Below are positions 22,630-36,800 of a stretch of DNA of 64,000 bases, in pieces. A program made the translations under genes and the position numbers. The notes under the pieces were generated by a model, which saw nothing but the letters and a program-made list of their open reading frames with translations, did no database searches and was not told the DNA's origin. Numbering within the stretch: the stretch's first letter is position 1; every line of letters begins with the position of its first letter. Source of the DNA: Amoebophrya sp. A120 (taxonomy: Eukaryota > Protista > Dinoflagellata); assembly GCA_905178155.1 (NCBI GenBank), contig CAJINV010000003.1:2681740-2745739 (forward strand). Direction: 5' to 3'.

Positions 22630-25600
22630 GGAGAATATTTAGTACTCACTCAAATTTATGTCACGAAGAGGTGGAAGGATACTTCTTTCCTTCATTCTCC
22701 ACGTTATTCACCCACTATGCGCAAGCTACCAGACTAATTTGGTCTACTTCATGATTCACCAGACAGCTATTGTTCATCCGCAAAAGCCATGCTGGAACTT
22801 CGGCCTACAAGCAGTAAAACCGGAGTAGAAAGGTGTATATTTATTGCACCTCGACCTTCTTCATCTTCATGTGAATGTTCATGTTGCCAACCTAGGTTCG
22901 AAAGAAGATACCATAGAAGCAACAACATCCAGAAGTAGATTGACAGATAGAAGAAAGGCCTCTCAGTCGCTCGACTTTCCCTCAGGTACTAGCGTTCACC
23001 ACGACGCTTGAGTTCCTTTAAGAAATCGTTCAAAAATACGTGCCGTCATACAGAGCGTACGTTCGTGAATTGCTGCTGGCGATGATGCTTCATAGATACG
23101 ACAGGGCTACCGCCAGGAACATTGCATTCCATTTGCACACAGGAGGACTATATATGCACGTTTTATTGAGAAACATGCTCATTGGCGTCGGGGGCACCGC
23201 GACAACGGCAGCCTTTTGTGGCTTGTGTGTTGTGATGTTATGTTTTTGTTCTTCGTTGCGTGGCGTAAAAGTATGAAGTCTTTGCGCGAAAAGACTATCC
23301 AAAAAGTACAAGTGGTTTATTCATCATCTTCATCGTCGTCCAATGATCGCAATTAAAAAAAAAACCGGCCTGGTATGGTCACGGTAGACACACGCGACAC
23401 TGCACGAGTCTTGCGCGCGTACAGAGGCAGGCGCGCACCACCGTTGCATGACCAATCAATTGCTAGTCCATCTCCATTCAAAATGAAAATTGACGAAGAA
23501 AAAAAAATACAAATCCGCGCTCTTGTGGTGGTAGAAAAAAAAATACAAATCGGCCGCCCTGGTCCTGGTCGGTTTATCTTTTAGGTTTACGGGAGCTTTT
23601 CATTTTCTTACCGAACCGATGCCGGTTATCTATATCGATCATATTTCGTCCAGCCTTTTAGCAAAACTAGAAGTTATTTATTTTCATGTACAAGACTATA
23701 GTTTTTCCCGCACCAGGAAGAAGTAGATGGCAAGTGCGGCACCCAGAAGAATGGTGATTAGCAAAACCGGATTTACTCCGCCTTGGTTCTTGAACTCACC
23801 TGGAAAGATATTTTTGGAAATTTATAGCTCGCCCTCGCGTGCGTGTGGCTACTGCAATAACTTTTGCTTTCACATCCATGATCGTAAAAATGCAGTCGAA
23901 GTCATGTTGCCATCTTTCTCATCTAGCCAGTACGTAAATTAGCAGCCTTCCTGATTGGCAAAAAGTTGAAGATCAAAAGTAACATGAGCAGGTCTACTTC
24001 TGCGATTATACGGTTATTGATCCCGTGTCTGGATCGCAACTGCGACGCCGAGAGACTCGCATCGCCTTCACTCCCTCCCGGCCCATATCGCGACCTGATA
24101 ACGTTTTGTGAAGCACTGTTGTACTTACTGTTCCACCGAGTGACATGCACATAGACGTTTGAGTTTTTTTTTACTAAAACAGGGGCAAATGCTTCTCCAC
24201 ACGCACGGCAGGCCATGTTTCATCTTGGACATTTTCCATCCCCATCTTGTCTTGCCTTCCTGTTCGAACAGAAGAATTAATACGCGCGAGAACTAGAAGA
24301 GAAAATTCCATACCGTAATTGCGATGCGGAATAGCCGTCGTCTCCCATCTTGCAACTCAGACGTAATCTGTCAGGAGTCAGCGTTTTTGTTCGCCTTCCC
24401 GCGACAGCACAGAGGCAACAATGATTTTTTGGAGTCTGTGGTGGTCTTCAGCTCCGAGTGCGTGGTGGAGATAATGCGACCAAATGAAAATATAAGGTCT
24501 CAAATATAAAGTATTTTTTTTTTCTAGACGAGTTGCTATTTGATTGCTGCGATTCTATCTTCCTCCTTTGAAAAAAATGCAATGACTTTCAGTGTCGCCT
24601 TTTTACGTCAAGGTCGATGAAAATTTACGCAATACCGTTTTTCGAGTAGTGGTTTTCATTGATTTTTTTACTGAAACGAAAAAAGAGGGTTGCTCTTCCT
24701 GCTATTGGATCCTGTTGAACAAAAGAAACATGCGGAACGCGTTGGTTCTCGATTGTCTCTGTTCCATGGCAGAGCGAAAATCAAAGAAACTCGGTGCTCT
24801 CTCTCTAATCATATGAGAAAATCCTTGTCCTTTCTAAAATATCTTTTTAAGCAGTAGTAGGTCTAATTCTCGACAACTCTTTGCGCCTCGCCAGTGTGAG
24901 GGAGAAAACACGGCAAAAAGTCATACGCCATGTTCGGTGTAGTTGCTTGCTTTGTCAGAAAATCATGTAAATTCATACGGTGAATCACTACGATTGCCGC
25001 AGCGTGGTTCTCCTATACTGGAGGATGCTATCGGTATCGACCTTGCAGTGCCAGGTTGTACACAAAAAAAAACAACCGATGGTTCGTGTGTCGTGCGCTC
25101 CTTGGCTACTCTTTGTCTCTTGTTCCGGGAGGTTGCAGTGAAAATGAAACAAAAGAGATGCAAAGCATCTCAATAAATGTTTGTACTTGGTATAATCGTG
25201 CAGCAGCAGCTGCTGCACGATTTCGGGTACGGTAGCATTAGCGATAGGAAGATGAATCGCCAGACAGCGAGCACAACATCCGAAAAACAATACATGTACA
25301 CCTTGCGAGTTTTTTCGACATCAGACTTTGTCTTTGACGTCAATCTCAATGCTCAATTACTTGTTTCGAGCGGTGCCAACATGATGGTGCTATCGGTATG
25401 CATTGTGCGTTTGGTTATAGTACTGATATTCGTTTACAAGACACAGTATTATTCCCAAAATCTTCGTTCTCGCTCCTGCTTTAGGAGGACGACGCCCGTG
25501 GTTCCAGTTCCTTTCTTGTCCGTTCATTTCGGTTGAGCAGTCCGCGCTGCAGCATCCTGTGGTCCTTGGACTTGGTGTGAGTTTGCGTTTTCGTCTTCCG

Positions 25601-26029
25601 GTCCTTTTTTGGCGTTTTGCGTGGAATCGCGCTTGCTGGAGAGAAATCTTCGTCAAGCATTGCTCCCTGCTCACGGCTGCTCGACGCCTCGCTATCGCCA
25701 GGCTGTGGTAACAACTGCAATTCCGGAACAAAACCAGGGCCGTTGGGGTTCTGGCGGAGGTGATAGAAGTATCAAACGAGAGAAGTCGTGTCTTGTTCTT
25801 GGTACCGCCCCGAGAGGAGTCGCGTCCTGTTGGTCGTACTCTCTTCGGCAAATGATCCAAATGCAAATTCTTATCCGCATCTCCCATGCTGATGGTGCGC
25901 TTAGATACAGGTAAAACAGACACGGCATTGGCGTTTTTATTTTTACAAATCAAGTCGCAATAGGTCCTGAGACAGTCAAAAACTGAAATAAATATACAAT
26001 TGCAGAAGGACTGCGACTGACCGCCTGTA

Positions 26030-29020
26030 TCATACTGTTGTTGCTGTTGAGTTTAGAAGCCTCAACTCCAATGCGTCCACGTTCTGCAAGAGCGATAGAG
26101 ATACAGACACACCTTTTCTGCTTGATAGAGTTCGATCCACGTACATCTGTGCGCTTATCCACCAGGGTGTACCTCCTCGCGGAGTCGTACTCTCTTCATG
26201 TGGTCCGTCAGTGGCGTCGCGCTGGCGTCCCCAGCATTTGCAGTGCACGGCAATGAAGTAGCACGGTAGAATCAAGAAAGCAGCAGAGAGCTCCGTGATT
26301 CCCATTGCGTCCTTCTGGCTCTCATCGCTCACGCTGGCCTCTTATGCGGGGCAAAAGTGTAGTTGCAGCCATCGTAGTGGTCGTTGTCTTGCTCTACGTC
26401 TATCGCAAAACGTAGGTCCAACAAGAACAGCTCCTAGAGGTATAGCTGCACGATCATATTTATGCAAGACAATCTATAAGGGGCAGATGAATGCAAAAGA
26501 AGCAAAAGAGGTGCTGCAGCTTCATTCGCTCAAAGACCCAGCTAGTAAACCTTAGTCGCAATAGCAATACAACTTTTGCGGTTGATACATCCAGGAAGAA
26601 AAATATCGCGGTGGTTGCGCAGGTTTGGATCATAATGTTCGCAAACGCTGCGTCTTTTTTCGTCGTTTTTCCGTACAAAGTAGTCCACACGCCCTTGTTT
26701 GTTGATTCGTACGTCGCGCGGGCGGCTCCCTGCAACAGGTACAGTGCGACGACGATCCATGCATTTCCCTCGTAGAGTTTGAGAAAAATGACGACGGGCT
26801 GGGCCGCGAAGCAAACTGCCGCAATCAACAGCGGGACCCAGGGGCTTTGGCTGAATGCCGATCCGTAAATTCTACTGCATATCGCGGCGGTCACCGGTGT
26901 GAGAGCGGAAAGGGTCCCGATCCAATTGGATCCGATCAGCGGAGTGGTAATCTTGTTGTTGACCCAGCCGTTCAAAAAGGGTACGGAAACCCCAAAGGTG
27001 ACGTTCACCCACATGAGGAACCACACGCGGGGGTCGCTGAACATCAGCTGGATGGCGGAGAAGGCCGCCGTTGTCCAGCGCGGCTCCTGCTTCGGAACCT
27101 CGTCACGTTCCTTTTCTTCCCGTTCTTGCACTGCCGCGTCGGGTTCTTGCAGTGTGACTTGTTCGCTGATCTTGCCTGCTGCTCGTCGGGCTCTCGGCGA
27201 ACTGCCGTCGTCGTAGTTGTTCATGATCTCTGCGGCCACCGATGACGGGTCGTCCTCGTTTTGTCCAGCTTGGGTGACATAATCACGGTCTTGATTTTGC
27301 GCTAACTCCAGTTGATCCTGCTTGCTCGCCCTAGAGCTACTACTAGCTCCACCAGGGTCGGCGCGGGAACCGCGACTTCTTGAGCTGTCTTTATTTCCCC
27401 CAGTCGACGTGCTGCTGTCCGGAAAAACAGTCAGTTTGACTTCACGCACCTGCGACGGGCGACGAGCTCCGTCTAGTAGGGGACCTGCCTCCAGCAACCC
27501 CTGTTCTTGAGCAGCGGTCGGGCTGAACTTTCTCTCGATGTTTTTATCAAGCAGAAAGTGCATTCCGACCATGCAGGCGAGAGCCATCAGACCGTAGGCT
27601 GCGAACACGCCGCCACGCAGAGCCGGACTTTCGCCCACGAAGAACAACAGTCCCGTGGAAGCCACCTTGAAGAACACTTCACAGACCAGGTAGATCATGC
27701 TGAAGAGGCTGGCGAACTCTTGAGACAGTTTGGCGAAGGGGTCAACAACATCTACTTCTCCCGCAGGAAGAGTCTTTCCTCCTTCTTTCGGAGCCGCTGC
27801 GAGGGCCAGTGCGGTCACTTCGGTTGCAGTCGCGATAAAAGAACCCTGGGAAACCCAAATAATCCCAGACGCCAAACCACCGATGATGGACCCGACCGAG
27901 TGCAACACAAGGGGCAGTTCTTCTCCAGAAGACCAACCGACAAGAAACATCGAAGAAGTGCTTCCAGATTCGTCGCTCGCGCTCGAACCTCCGCCCTTCG
28001 ACGCCGCCAAAGCCAACCGTTGCGTCGCAACGATCATGGTTGCGATGCCGAAAAATAGGACGTAGAAGGCGAAGCTGCAGGAGCCCACTACCAACGCGCC
28101 CTTCGTGCCCAGCTTCGCCCGGGCGACGGTTGCGACGCAGAGACTGGAAACCATGGAGGCCACGTAGAGAAATGCGTTTCCGGTACTTCCCACCTTCGTG
28201 CCCAACACAGACGTGGCGTACCCAAGGGGGGTAGTTACGCAGGCGTGCGCCACTCCGAAGAGCAGCGACATCAGCCACACTTGCCTGCGCTTGTCGTCTA
28301 TCCTGTGCAAAAGTATCGCACTCGTATTGTAATCATGCATTACAAATCCTGTTCTTAAGGCACTGTTCTCAAGACAAATTAGCATTGCAAATTTTAATTC
28401 TAATGCTGATGAAATTTGTAATGCATTTCTACGAGTAGGAGTACGATACTTTTGCACTGCATATCGTCCACGTAGAGCTTGATGCTCAACTCCGCATCGT
28501 GGTGCGCGAGGTCCGTTTGATTCTCGTCTTGATGTTGCGGAGTCGCGAAGGGTGTGGACGGCAAAGGAATTGGTGCCCTGCTACATGTGAGAAAAAAAAA
28601 ACAGAGTATCTATGCACATGGATCCATGCCTTTGCCTTTGCCTCCCCGACTTCTTTCACTGTCATGCTTACGATGACAAAAAAAAATTAAGGCGACGCTT
28701 CGTCACCCTCACAATTATTATCACGCAGCACCAGTACGATATTAAGTTATGTACTAAAAATGAGTTTGCTTTTGCAGCTGGCGCATTCGCTTATTTTTTC
28801 TTCACCTCTGTTAGTATCCATCGTTCTCGAGGCCCACACGTAGCACGACACTTCTTGCGCTCGATTGCATACTGAAGGAGTTCCTTGGCCGGGGAACGAT
28901 CCCCGTAGCCCCATCGGCTTGTTGGTTCTCAGTCGCAAAAGCATCGGGCTCAATCTCGAAGCTGACGCCCGGCGTCCGCGGCCCTTCACCACGGCCGCCC
29001 TCGTGAAAGGTTTTGCTCAT
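26030..29020 (-). CDS. UNC-93-like MFS-type multi-pass membrane protein, ends approximate
   Basis: Two hydrophobic helix bundles with a central hydrophilic loop; GSTGNAFLYVASMVSSL...LGTKGALVVG and GLASGIIWVSQGSFI resemble UNC-93/MFSD11. Confidence 0.65.
28299..28463. mobile_element. Introner, family C
   Basis: tatcctgtgcaaaagtatcg ... cgatacttttgcactgcata; TSD tcgtc; removal gives KLYVD-DKRRQVW. Confidence 0.9.
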
Positions 29021-30801
29021 GCTGGAAACTTGCGAGTTGCGAATGGATGCGACTCACTGCGGGTGACGCTGGCGAGTGATATTAAAGAAAAATTGAAACT
29101 TTTTTGTACGTTGCGGAAGTAGTTCTTGTACTTCTTCAGCAATCAGACGGAATAGTGGCACCAGGTCGTGGCTGCACCCGTGCTGGATGAAGAGGAAGAA
29201 AAATCTGCGTTGCCTTAATACTTCGAATTCCGCAGAAAAGCGACTGATGTGCCGGGTAATCCAAAATTCGCGCACGACCCGCTTAGTAAAGTCGTGGAGG
29301 TTCTTCGTTTTCCGAATCCAGCTTTATTTGGGTCGAGCGAATAACTTCCTCGTCGTCTATCGAGCTCGTGGTACGGTGTTGTCTTAGTGTTTATCGTCCA
29401 CAAACCGTTGCCTGTCACGTTCTCGTCGTTCGTGATTATCTTCAACAATTTCGTGTCGTGGTCGTCGCGTCTTGGTTTTCCAGATCTGGACAATGTGCTT
29501 TCGTCTTTTAGCTTTAGATATAATGATTTTACTTATATATGTAGTTTCATGTGAGTATGGTGTTCATGATGTATTCGCGAAAGAACAAGAAGTAGTTAGA
29601 GTTAGAGTTAAGAAATAGAAATAATTGAAGCTTGAAGGTGGTAAAGTAAGATGAATGCCGTTCATGATCATGGCACCATCCAACTAGATTTGAGCCGGCT
29701 TCTACGGGAATGAAAAAAGACGGACACATAATTTACAACGAAGTGGAATGTCAGCATGACGGGCAAATTGTATTTGCGACAATGCATTGACCATGAGTAA
29801 TACGGGCGGGAACTTTCGGGGACTCAACATGGGAGCCGGAGGATCACTGCAAGGTCCCATGGATATACTTAGTTGCGCGCGGATCATGGTGAACTTCAGA
29901 ACAAATGTACTACCAATAGACCAGTTATCATGTAGACAGCAACAATTGACCTCGGTCGTGACGTCGGCAGAAGATCTCTTTTCGTCGCTCGGGGTGGATC
30001 TGCCGGAATCACTTGTTTGGTTTGGGGTAACAAATGCACAATGAATTCTGGGAAAGAAGTGCACCGGTGCCGGTGTCACCCTGAAAAAACCAAATGGATT
30101 GCGTAATTCGACCGCAATCTTTTGTATCTGTGTGCCCGCGACGAGATCAGACCCTCATGATCTCGGGCGAGGAAGGGTTACAAAAACATATTTCACCTCT
30201 GCGAGGAGAAGAACTCGTAGAACAACCAACGCCGTGCACCATGCCCTGACTGAGGAAAAACACTCGACACAGCCGGGTAATCTAACTCTGATGAAGAGTT
30301 ACTGAACTAAAACTATATGCGATCTGCATCAAAGGAATTGGGACTATGTGGTACTGGCTAATGTAGAGAATCCACAAGAAGACATGGCGGGCATGCTCGA
30401 AGGTCGTAATATCCTTTCTCTACTTCTTTCTGTGTGTTGTCTGACAGAATGCGGCTTCTTTGTGGTTGTCATTGTGGGCCGAGAAGGGAACGGAACAGAT
30501 ATAGAATCATGGGAAACAAAAACATATGTTTTTCTACTCGAGTACACGAAGTTCAAACAAGTGCAAAAAGAAATGAATCATAATATGACGAGAAAGTCAT
30601 TCATCATGATATTTTCAAGTGGTTGAGACGTTGTCGTAAGCTCGAAGAGTCGACGTAGACGTAGTGGTTCTACTTTTGTACAAGATCAGATGCAATAAAC
30701 TCAAGCAGATCTGTCCTACTCTGTGTTTGCACGTCTCCTCTGTCTCTGACGCAAAAATCGATGAGCTCCGCTATGTAATATCGTCTATACTATCTTTTAT
30801 T

Positions 30802-33800
30802 TCACGCCGGGCGGCCGGACGGTGGTGGCGAATTTCCACTGAGGAGCTCGCCGCCCTGGCCGCCACTCAGGTTATCTGTGTCCTCTCTCGTTTCGAGCGG
30901 TGCGTCCTCGGCTTCTGTGTTGAGCTGCACGGCTCGCAGCAAGGCGGTTTGGACCCGCGGCGCAATTTTGTCCAGCACGTCCGTGTAGCCGCTGTCGCCC
31001 GTGCCGTGGCACTCGAAGTCGAAGTACTTCTATCAAATGCAAAAATGTCTGGATCTGGAAGAGTGCAAGTTTGTCATGCTTGTCTGGCATGACTCAAGAA
31101 TCTGTGTTGCATAGGCGCGAAATAAAGGCCCTCTTGCCTGTCATGCAAAAACGCAGTTTGCCTTTGCCATGCGGAATACGTAAGACATGGGAGCCAAAAA
31201 AATTGTCACGCATAGCTGCGTATTGCAGTGCCTCTACCAATCACTTTTAGCATTACAACAAGTTTCCAGACCCAGACATATTTGCAATGCATAACTTCAG
31301 GGTGGCTGCGTACGCCTGGCGGTCGAAGCTGCTCCGCAAGGGCGAGCGGAACATGGTGTATCAAGAAGACAAATCCCCCCTCCCCATATTGAAGCGGAAA
31401 TCTGTGATGCAGATTCGCAGTCACGAATGAGCTTGTCATGCTAGAAGGAAAAAGATGCGGACTGTAGTGCTGGGTGGCGTGGGGAAGCCTTGCATCTTCA
31501 GCATGACAGGAAGCAACTGGAAGTGGGAAACAGCATGACAAATTGCCTGCAAACGAGGCCACAACTGCGGCTCTTGGCCTTCTAGCATTACAAGTCGATT
31601 TGTGTACTCAAATACAGCATCACAAATTTTGTTTTCGATATGGGGAGGGGGGATTTTTCCATTTGATATGGTGTCGGGTATCTTCTTTCTGGGACTGAAA
31701 ATCTTCGCGCCGTGCACGATGTTGGGGTCCTTCGCCGCCTCGTCCTCGGCGGCACCACCCGCCACCTTGTTCAGCTGCACCTCCAGCGCCCCCAGGTCCC
31801 CGTCCTCCTCGGTGCCCTCCAGAATGTGGCCCACGTCCAGCAGCTCGACGCGGAACACGGTGGCGTTGGGGCTCTCCGGGCTGACCAGAATGACGAATCC
31901 GTGGCGGTCGGTGCCGATCGCGAACTCGTCGGCGCAGCCGAGGGGGGAGATCGTGCACAGCACCTTCGTGGTGTTCGCGGACTGGTTCTCCGGGCGAATG
32001 GCCAGTTCCCAGCGCTGGAAGGCCATGTGCTGGTGGTCCCGGAACTCCCCGCTGTCCCACACCTTCCCCCCCGCGAAGTCGTCGATGCCCTCCTCGCGGT
32101 CCACCAGCACGCGGTCGCCCAGCCGCAGCTCGCTGCCGTCGCGGGACTCAATGGTCCACACGTTCTGCATGTTGTCCACGCAGTGGACGCGGTCGTCCTG
32201 GAAGAAGAACCCCTTGCCCGCGGGCTCCAGCGGTTCGGCCTCCTCCTTCTCCACCACGGTCAGTTCGCCGAACGCGTTGGCCTCCAGTTTGCTGTCCCAG
32301 TCCTTGGGCCAAATGGCCACCCGCACGTTCAGGCCCGTCAGCAGCGCCGTCGAGTTGCGGTTGGCCACCTTGCGCTGCACGTGCAGCAGCAGGTTCTGCG
32401 CCTGCCACCACCCGTAGTCGAAGTGCCCCTGCGGCTCTTGGGGCCCTGCGTTCGCGAGCGCGGACTCCGGGGTCTCGTCCTTCGTATTTTGGTCGGTGGC
32501 GCGCCGACGCAGCGTCCGCGCGGCCGCCGGGGTGGGGAGCCGCCCGGCGTTGGTGCCAGTACTAGACGTCGGGCTCGACCCCTGTCGTTGCGGTCGTTCC
32601 ACGTTGCTCGGAGACTCTACTTGTGGCGCGGGCCCCGGTTTCTCGGGGATGTGCAGCAATATCGGGTGCTTACCCTTGCTGTAGTTGCTGAAGTGGAGCA
32701 TCTCGGTGTCCATGAGGAGCACGCGACGCATATTGCTGGACACGCCGAGGCAAAACTCGGGCACGCTCTGGGGCGTGATCACGCGATTGGGGTGGAGCGT
32801 CCAGCAGTACCGGTGCAGTTCGTTGTCGTCTGCGTAATTGGAAATCGCACTGAACTCCACGTCGTGGTCCTCCTCCTTGTAGCACAACGCCGCGTGCGGA
32901 TTTTTCGCACTGCGCAGAAAGGGTCCGTCAAAGAAAAACTCGATCACGGAGTCCTGCGACATCGTCGGAACGGGCTTCTGACCCAGATGCTTCGTCAAAC
33001 CTGAACAAAGTTGGATCAAGCTCAACGTTGGAAAGTCAAGATTCATTTTTGTAGTGTAGTGACGATTTCTAGTTCTATTTTTAGTTCTACTCACTGCCGC
33101 GTACTCAGCACAGCATCAGAAAGGGGTGCAGAAAGACCGGTCATCTCGACGTGCAGTTTCTATTTGTTTCTTCAGGAAGAAGATTTAGTTCAAACATGTT
33201 CATTTTCATGTCGTGTAGTACTGTTTACGTTTAACATCAAAAAAAAGCACTAGTGTAAGTATGTGTATGTGTATACCAACAGGTCCGTTGGCGCATGTGG
33301 GGCCGACCTTCATGGCGATTCCCCAGCCGCGGTGCGAGGCCAGGTCGAAGCGGAACACCCGCTCCGGGCCGAGGCGGCAGGCGCTTTCGTCCAGGGGGAT
33401 GGCGTCGTCCACCCGAATATGCAGGCGGCGAACGGTATCCATTGCAAATATGTCTGGGGCTGGAACACGAATAGAAACTTGTATTGCAGAACTTCCATGC
33501 TCCGTGAGGTCTGGAATGCGGGACCTAGCATGACAGATTCTGTGAGGTCTCTATCATGCCTATTCTGCATGAGAGACTTCCTGTCATGTTGGTCAGAAAA
33601 AAGCAACTTTTGGTGATCACGCAAGACAGATTTTTGCGTGAGCCACCGGACGCATCACAAGTTCCATCCTCCCAGACCCAGACAAATTTGCAATGCATAA
33701 ATGGTGTCCAGGGCGGACACCAGGATGATCTTTCCCGTCTTGGACAGCCCCCAGCACAGGTCGCGGCGGTAGATCGGGGACACCGTGCCATCCGGATTCA

Positions 33801-36800
33801 CGAGGAACCGCTGCGTGTCCGCTCCGGTGCAGTAGTGGCACAGCAGCGGCGTTTCCGTCTCCACCGCGTCGGAGCAGTCGATGGCCAATCTCGGCGCCGC
33901 GGCCAGGCGCATGGTGCGCCGCTTCGCGCTGAAGTACACCTCCAAGGGCCTCCACGATTTGTTTCTCTTCACCGCGTTCGAGCCTCCTCGGGCCGTTGCG
34001 GGCCGGTAGCTGTCGCACGCGAGGTACCACTCGGCCTCCTTGGACGCCTCGTGCGCCAGCGTCTGCGGGTTGGTCAACATCAGGTCGTGCAGGCCGTCAA
34101 CATCCTCGGAAAAGTGGACCCGCGGGGTTTGCCCCGACGGGCCGAGCAGGTGGGCGATACACTCCTCCACGCGGATGCCGTAGCGGTCGCAGAGCTTGTG
34201 CACACGAAAATTTGCCATCCGCTTCAGTTCCCGGCCGGTCAGGCGGGCGATGTAGTTCAGCTCTCCAAAGTACCGAATGACGGGGTCGTGTTGTTCCAAG
34301 TGGAACCCCTTTGCAGCGTCGATGCTGGCGGCGGAGCCGGATTCCGAGCCCACGTCCATCAGGGCGCCTATCGTCATCTGGCGCACCCCGGTTGCTACCT
34401 TTCCGCCGCAAAGCTTTTGGAAAAACCGCCCCAACGCGGTTTTTGCCGGAGGTATGATTTTTACAGGTACTATCTTTTTCTCTACAACTTCGGTATTGTT
34501 GACAGCTATCGCGACGTCCGCCGCAGGGACAGACGGCGAAGTAGGCGGCTGCGCGTCTACTGCTGCCGCGCCCGGATTATTGGTATGGGACGCTGCGGGG
34601 GAGTCGTCTTCTTCCCGGTCCACCGTTATGCCCGTTGTTTTCGACGCCGCGCCATCGTTGCCCAGAGCTGGCTCCGCGTCTGGCTCGGCGTTCATGATGA
34701 GCCCGATATCATTCGGGTTTGCGGAGTCGTTCGCAGTAGGTGACGCGGCAGCAGAGGACGTCGATGCGCGCGGATCCTGCCCTGTTTCAAGAACAATGTT
34801 AGGGTCGTGCTGGTCGGCCAGGGTTGATGCCGAGTACTCTCGCGGAGTGGCCGCATTTGGAACCGGCTCGTGTATGATGGCGGCCCCCGCCGCGTGGGGA
34901 TCTTCCCCCCCCAGCGCGCCGTGCAGCGCGCCAAGACCTTCTCGGTGTGTCTGCTTTTTCTCCGCGTGCCACTCGGCCATACTTCGGTGCTCCGGCACCC
35001 CGCCCCGCGAGTTAAGCAGCAGGCCGCTTTGCCGAGTCACGTGGCGGCTTACCTTCCGCGCCAACGCGGCCTTCATCTCCTTATCGGAGTATTTGTACTC
35101 CATTTCCAGCGCAACGCGCGGGTTGTACTGTCTCTTTGTCAGCTTCTCCATGCCATCCACTGTAGAGTACTGATCTTGGGATTCGCGCGCCGTCATCTCT
35201 CGCTCGTCGCCGGATATCAACTGTAAAAATGTCTGGGTCTGGAAGAATCCAACTTGTCATGCTGATTTTGGATTCTAAAAAAATCTGTATTGCATGAGCA
35301 GCAAAGGGAACGCAATTTTTGCTACGCGGAGAGGGCATTTGTCATGCGGAATAGGCATCGCGAGGCCCTCAAAAAATCTGTGATGCTAGGGCATGCATCA
35401 CAGACATCATGGCCAATGCAAAACATGCATGACAAGTCTCAGAATCTTCCAGACCCAGACATTTTTACATTTGATACCGGAACTGACGTCGCCATTTGTA
35501 GTCGCGGTCGCACTGGAGGAAGCCGAAGCAGCTGCGCCAGTCGAAGGACCATTAACACCAGCGGCAGTGCCCGCAGCACTTGTGAGGTTTTCTGTGCTGG
35601 CAGATGAGCTGCCCGCGGGGCTGCGAAGCTCCGGTTTGCTTTTCGTTTTCTCTCCTGTAAAATCTTTCGGGTTCGAGACCAGCAAGGTGTCCAGGGCCTC
35701 GATCATCTCGATGTTTTGGATGTCCTTGACGTGCTTTCCCAGGTAGACCACGTTGCCAAGCACCTTTTGCATGATGACCAGGGGCACTCCCGTGGAGGTG
35801 AACAGCTGCACCTTGATCGCCGTCTCGGGGTGGACGTCGCGCAGCCCCGTGACGGGCACGCCGGAGACGTCGTCGAAGTGAAAGCGCTGCATGAGCATCT
35901 GGTCCTCCAGCTTCTCCAGGGGCGACTGGCACTTCACCAAAAAGATCTTGTTCGCGTCCGGAAACTCGCGGACCCGCTCCATCTGCGTGCGCTGCATCTT
36001 TTTCGAGTCGTTCACGGCCATCGCCCGAATCTCTTCGTCCTGCATCAAGGACAGGGAGGCGACCGTCCCTTGCCGCTTGATCAGCTGCATGGCGCTCTCC
36101 TTCTCCGGGTCAATGCTGGCGCTCGACCGGGAGAACGCCGACGTCATCGACCGTCCCGCCAGCCCGCCCCGCTGCATCTGGGGGCCGCCCTGCCGCACCA
36201 AGTCGTTGCCGTCGCCACGCAGCCGGCTCAGCGCCGTGGAGCCCTTGTTCGCCGCGGGACCGCGGCTGTGCGTGCCCTCGAAGAAGAAACTTTTTTTGTT
36301 CCTCGAACTTTGCCTCTGCGGGGGTGGGCCGCTGTGTTCTCCTTCCTCGAGGAGCGCGCCGCTGCTGATGCCTTTCCCGATCAGCTTCATTCCGGGTCGG
36401 TTATTTCCTTGTTGTCCACCTCCGCCCCCGCGGGCGTTCAGCAGCGCGTTCTCGGTCTCAGGCGTGAGCCGGATCCCGCCAATGCACAGGTCCGGCTTGA
36501 ATTTCGGGGACAGCGAGCCGTCGGAGTTGAGGACGAACATTTGGTTGGCATACCGGTGGTGGTAAAACACCTGGATCTCCGTGCCGACCTGGAACTTCTC
36601 GGCGTCGCGGTAGAAGGGGCGCGAGCTCCGGCCCGCGGAGTAACACGCGTTTTCGTGCAAAATGTACTCCTCCCAGGTGTGGAACATGCGCACCTCCACG
36701 GCGAGGTTGGGGTCCTGGACCAGGCGAATGAAGAGACCGTCGTAGTAGACTTCCAGCGCGTCCTCGGCCGGGCACATTTCCAGAAACCGCTCGCGGCCAA

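Noticed and set aside
22800-26000. Possible genes in this gap (also 29100-30700, 38100-39700, 43300-44450, 59800-61600)
   Set aside because: Only short ORFs without recognisable motifs or the GC-rich codon pattern; cannot be supported without transcripts
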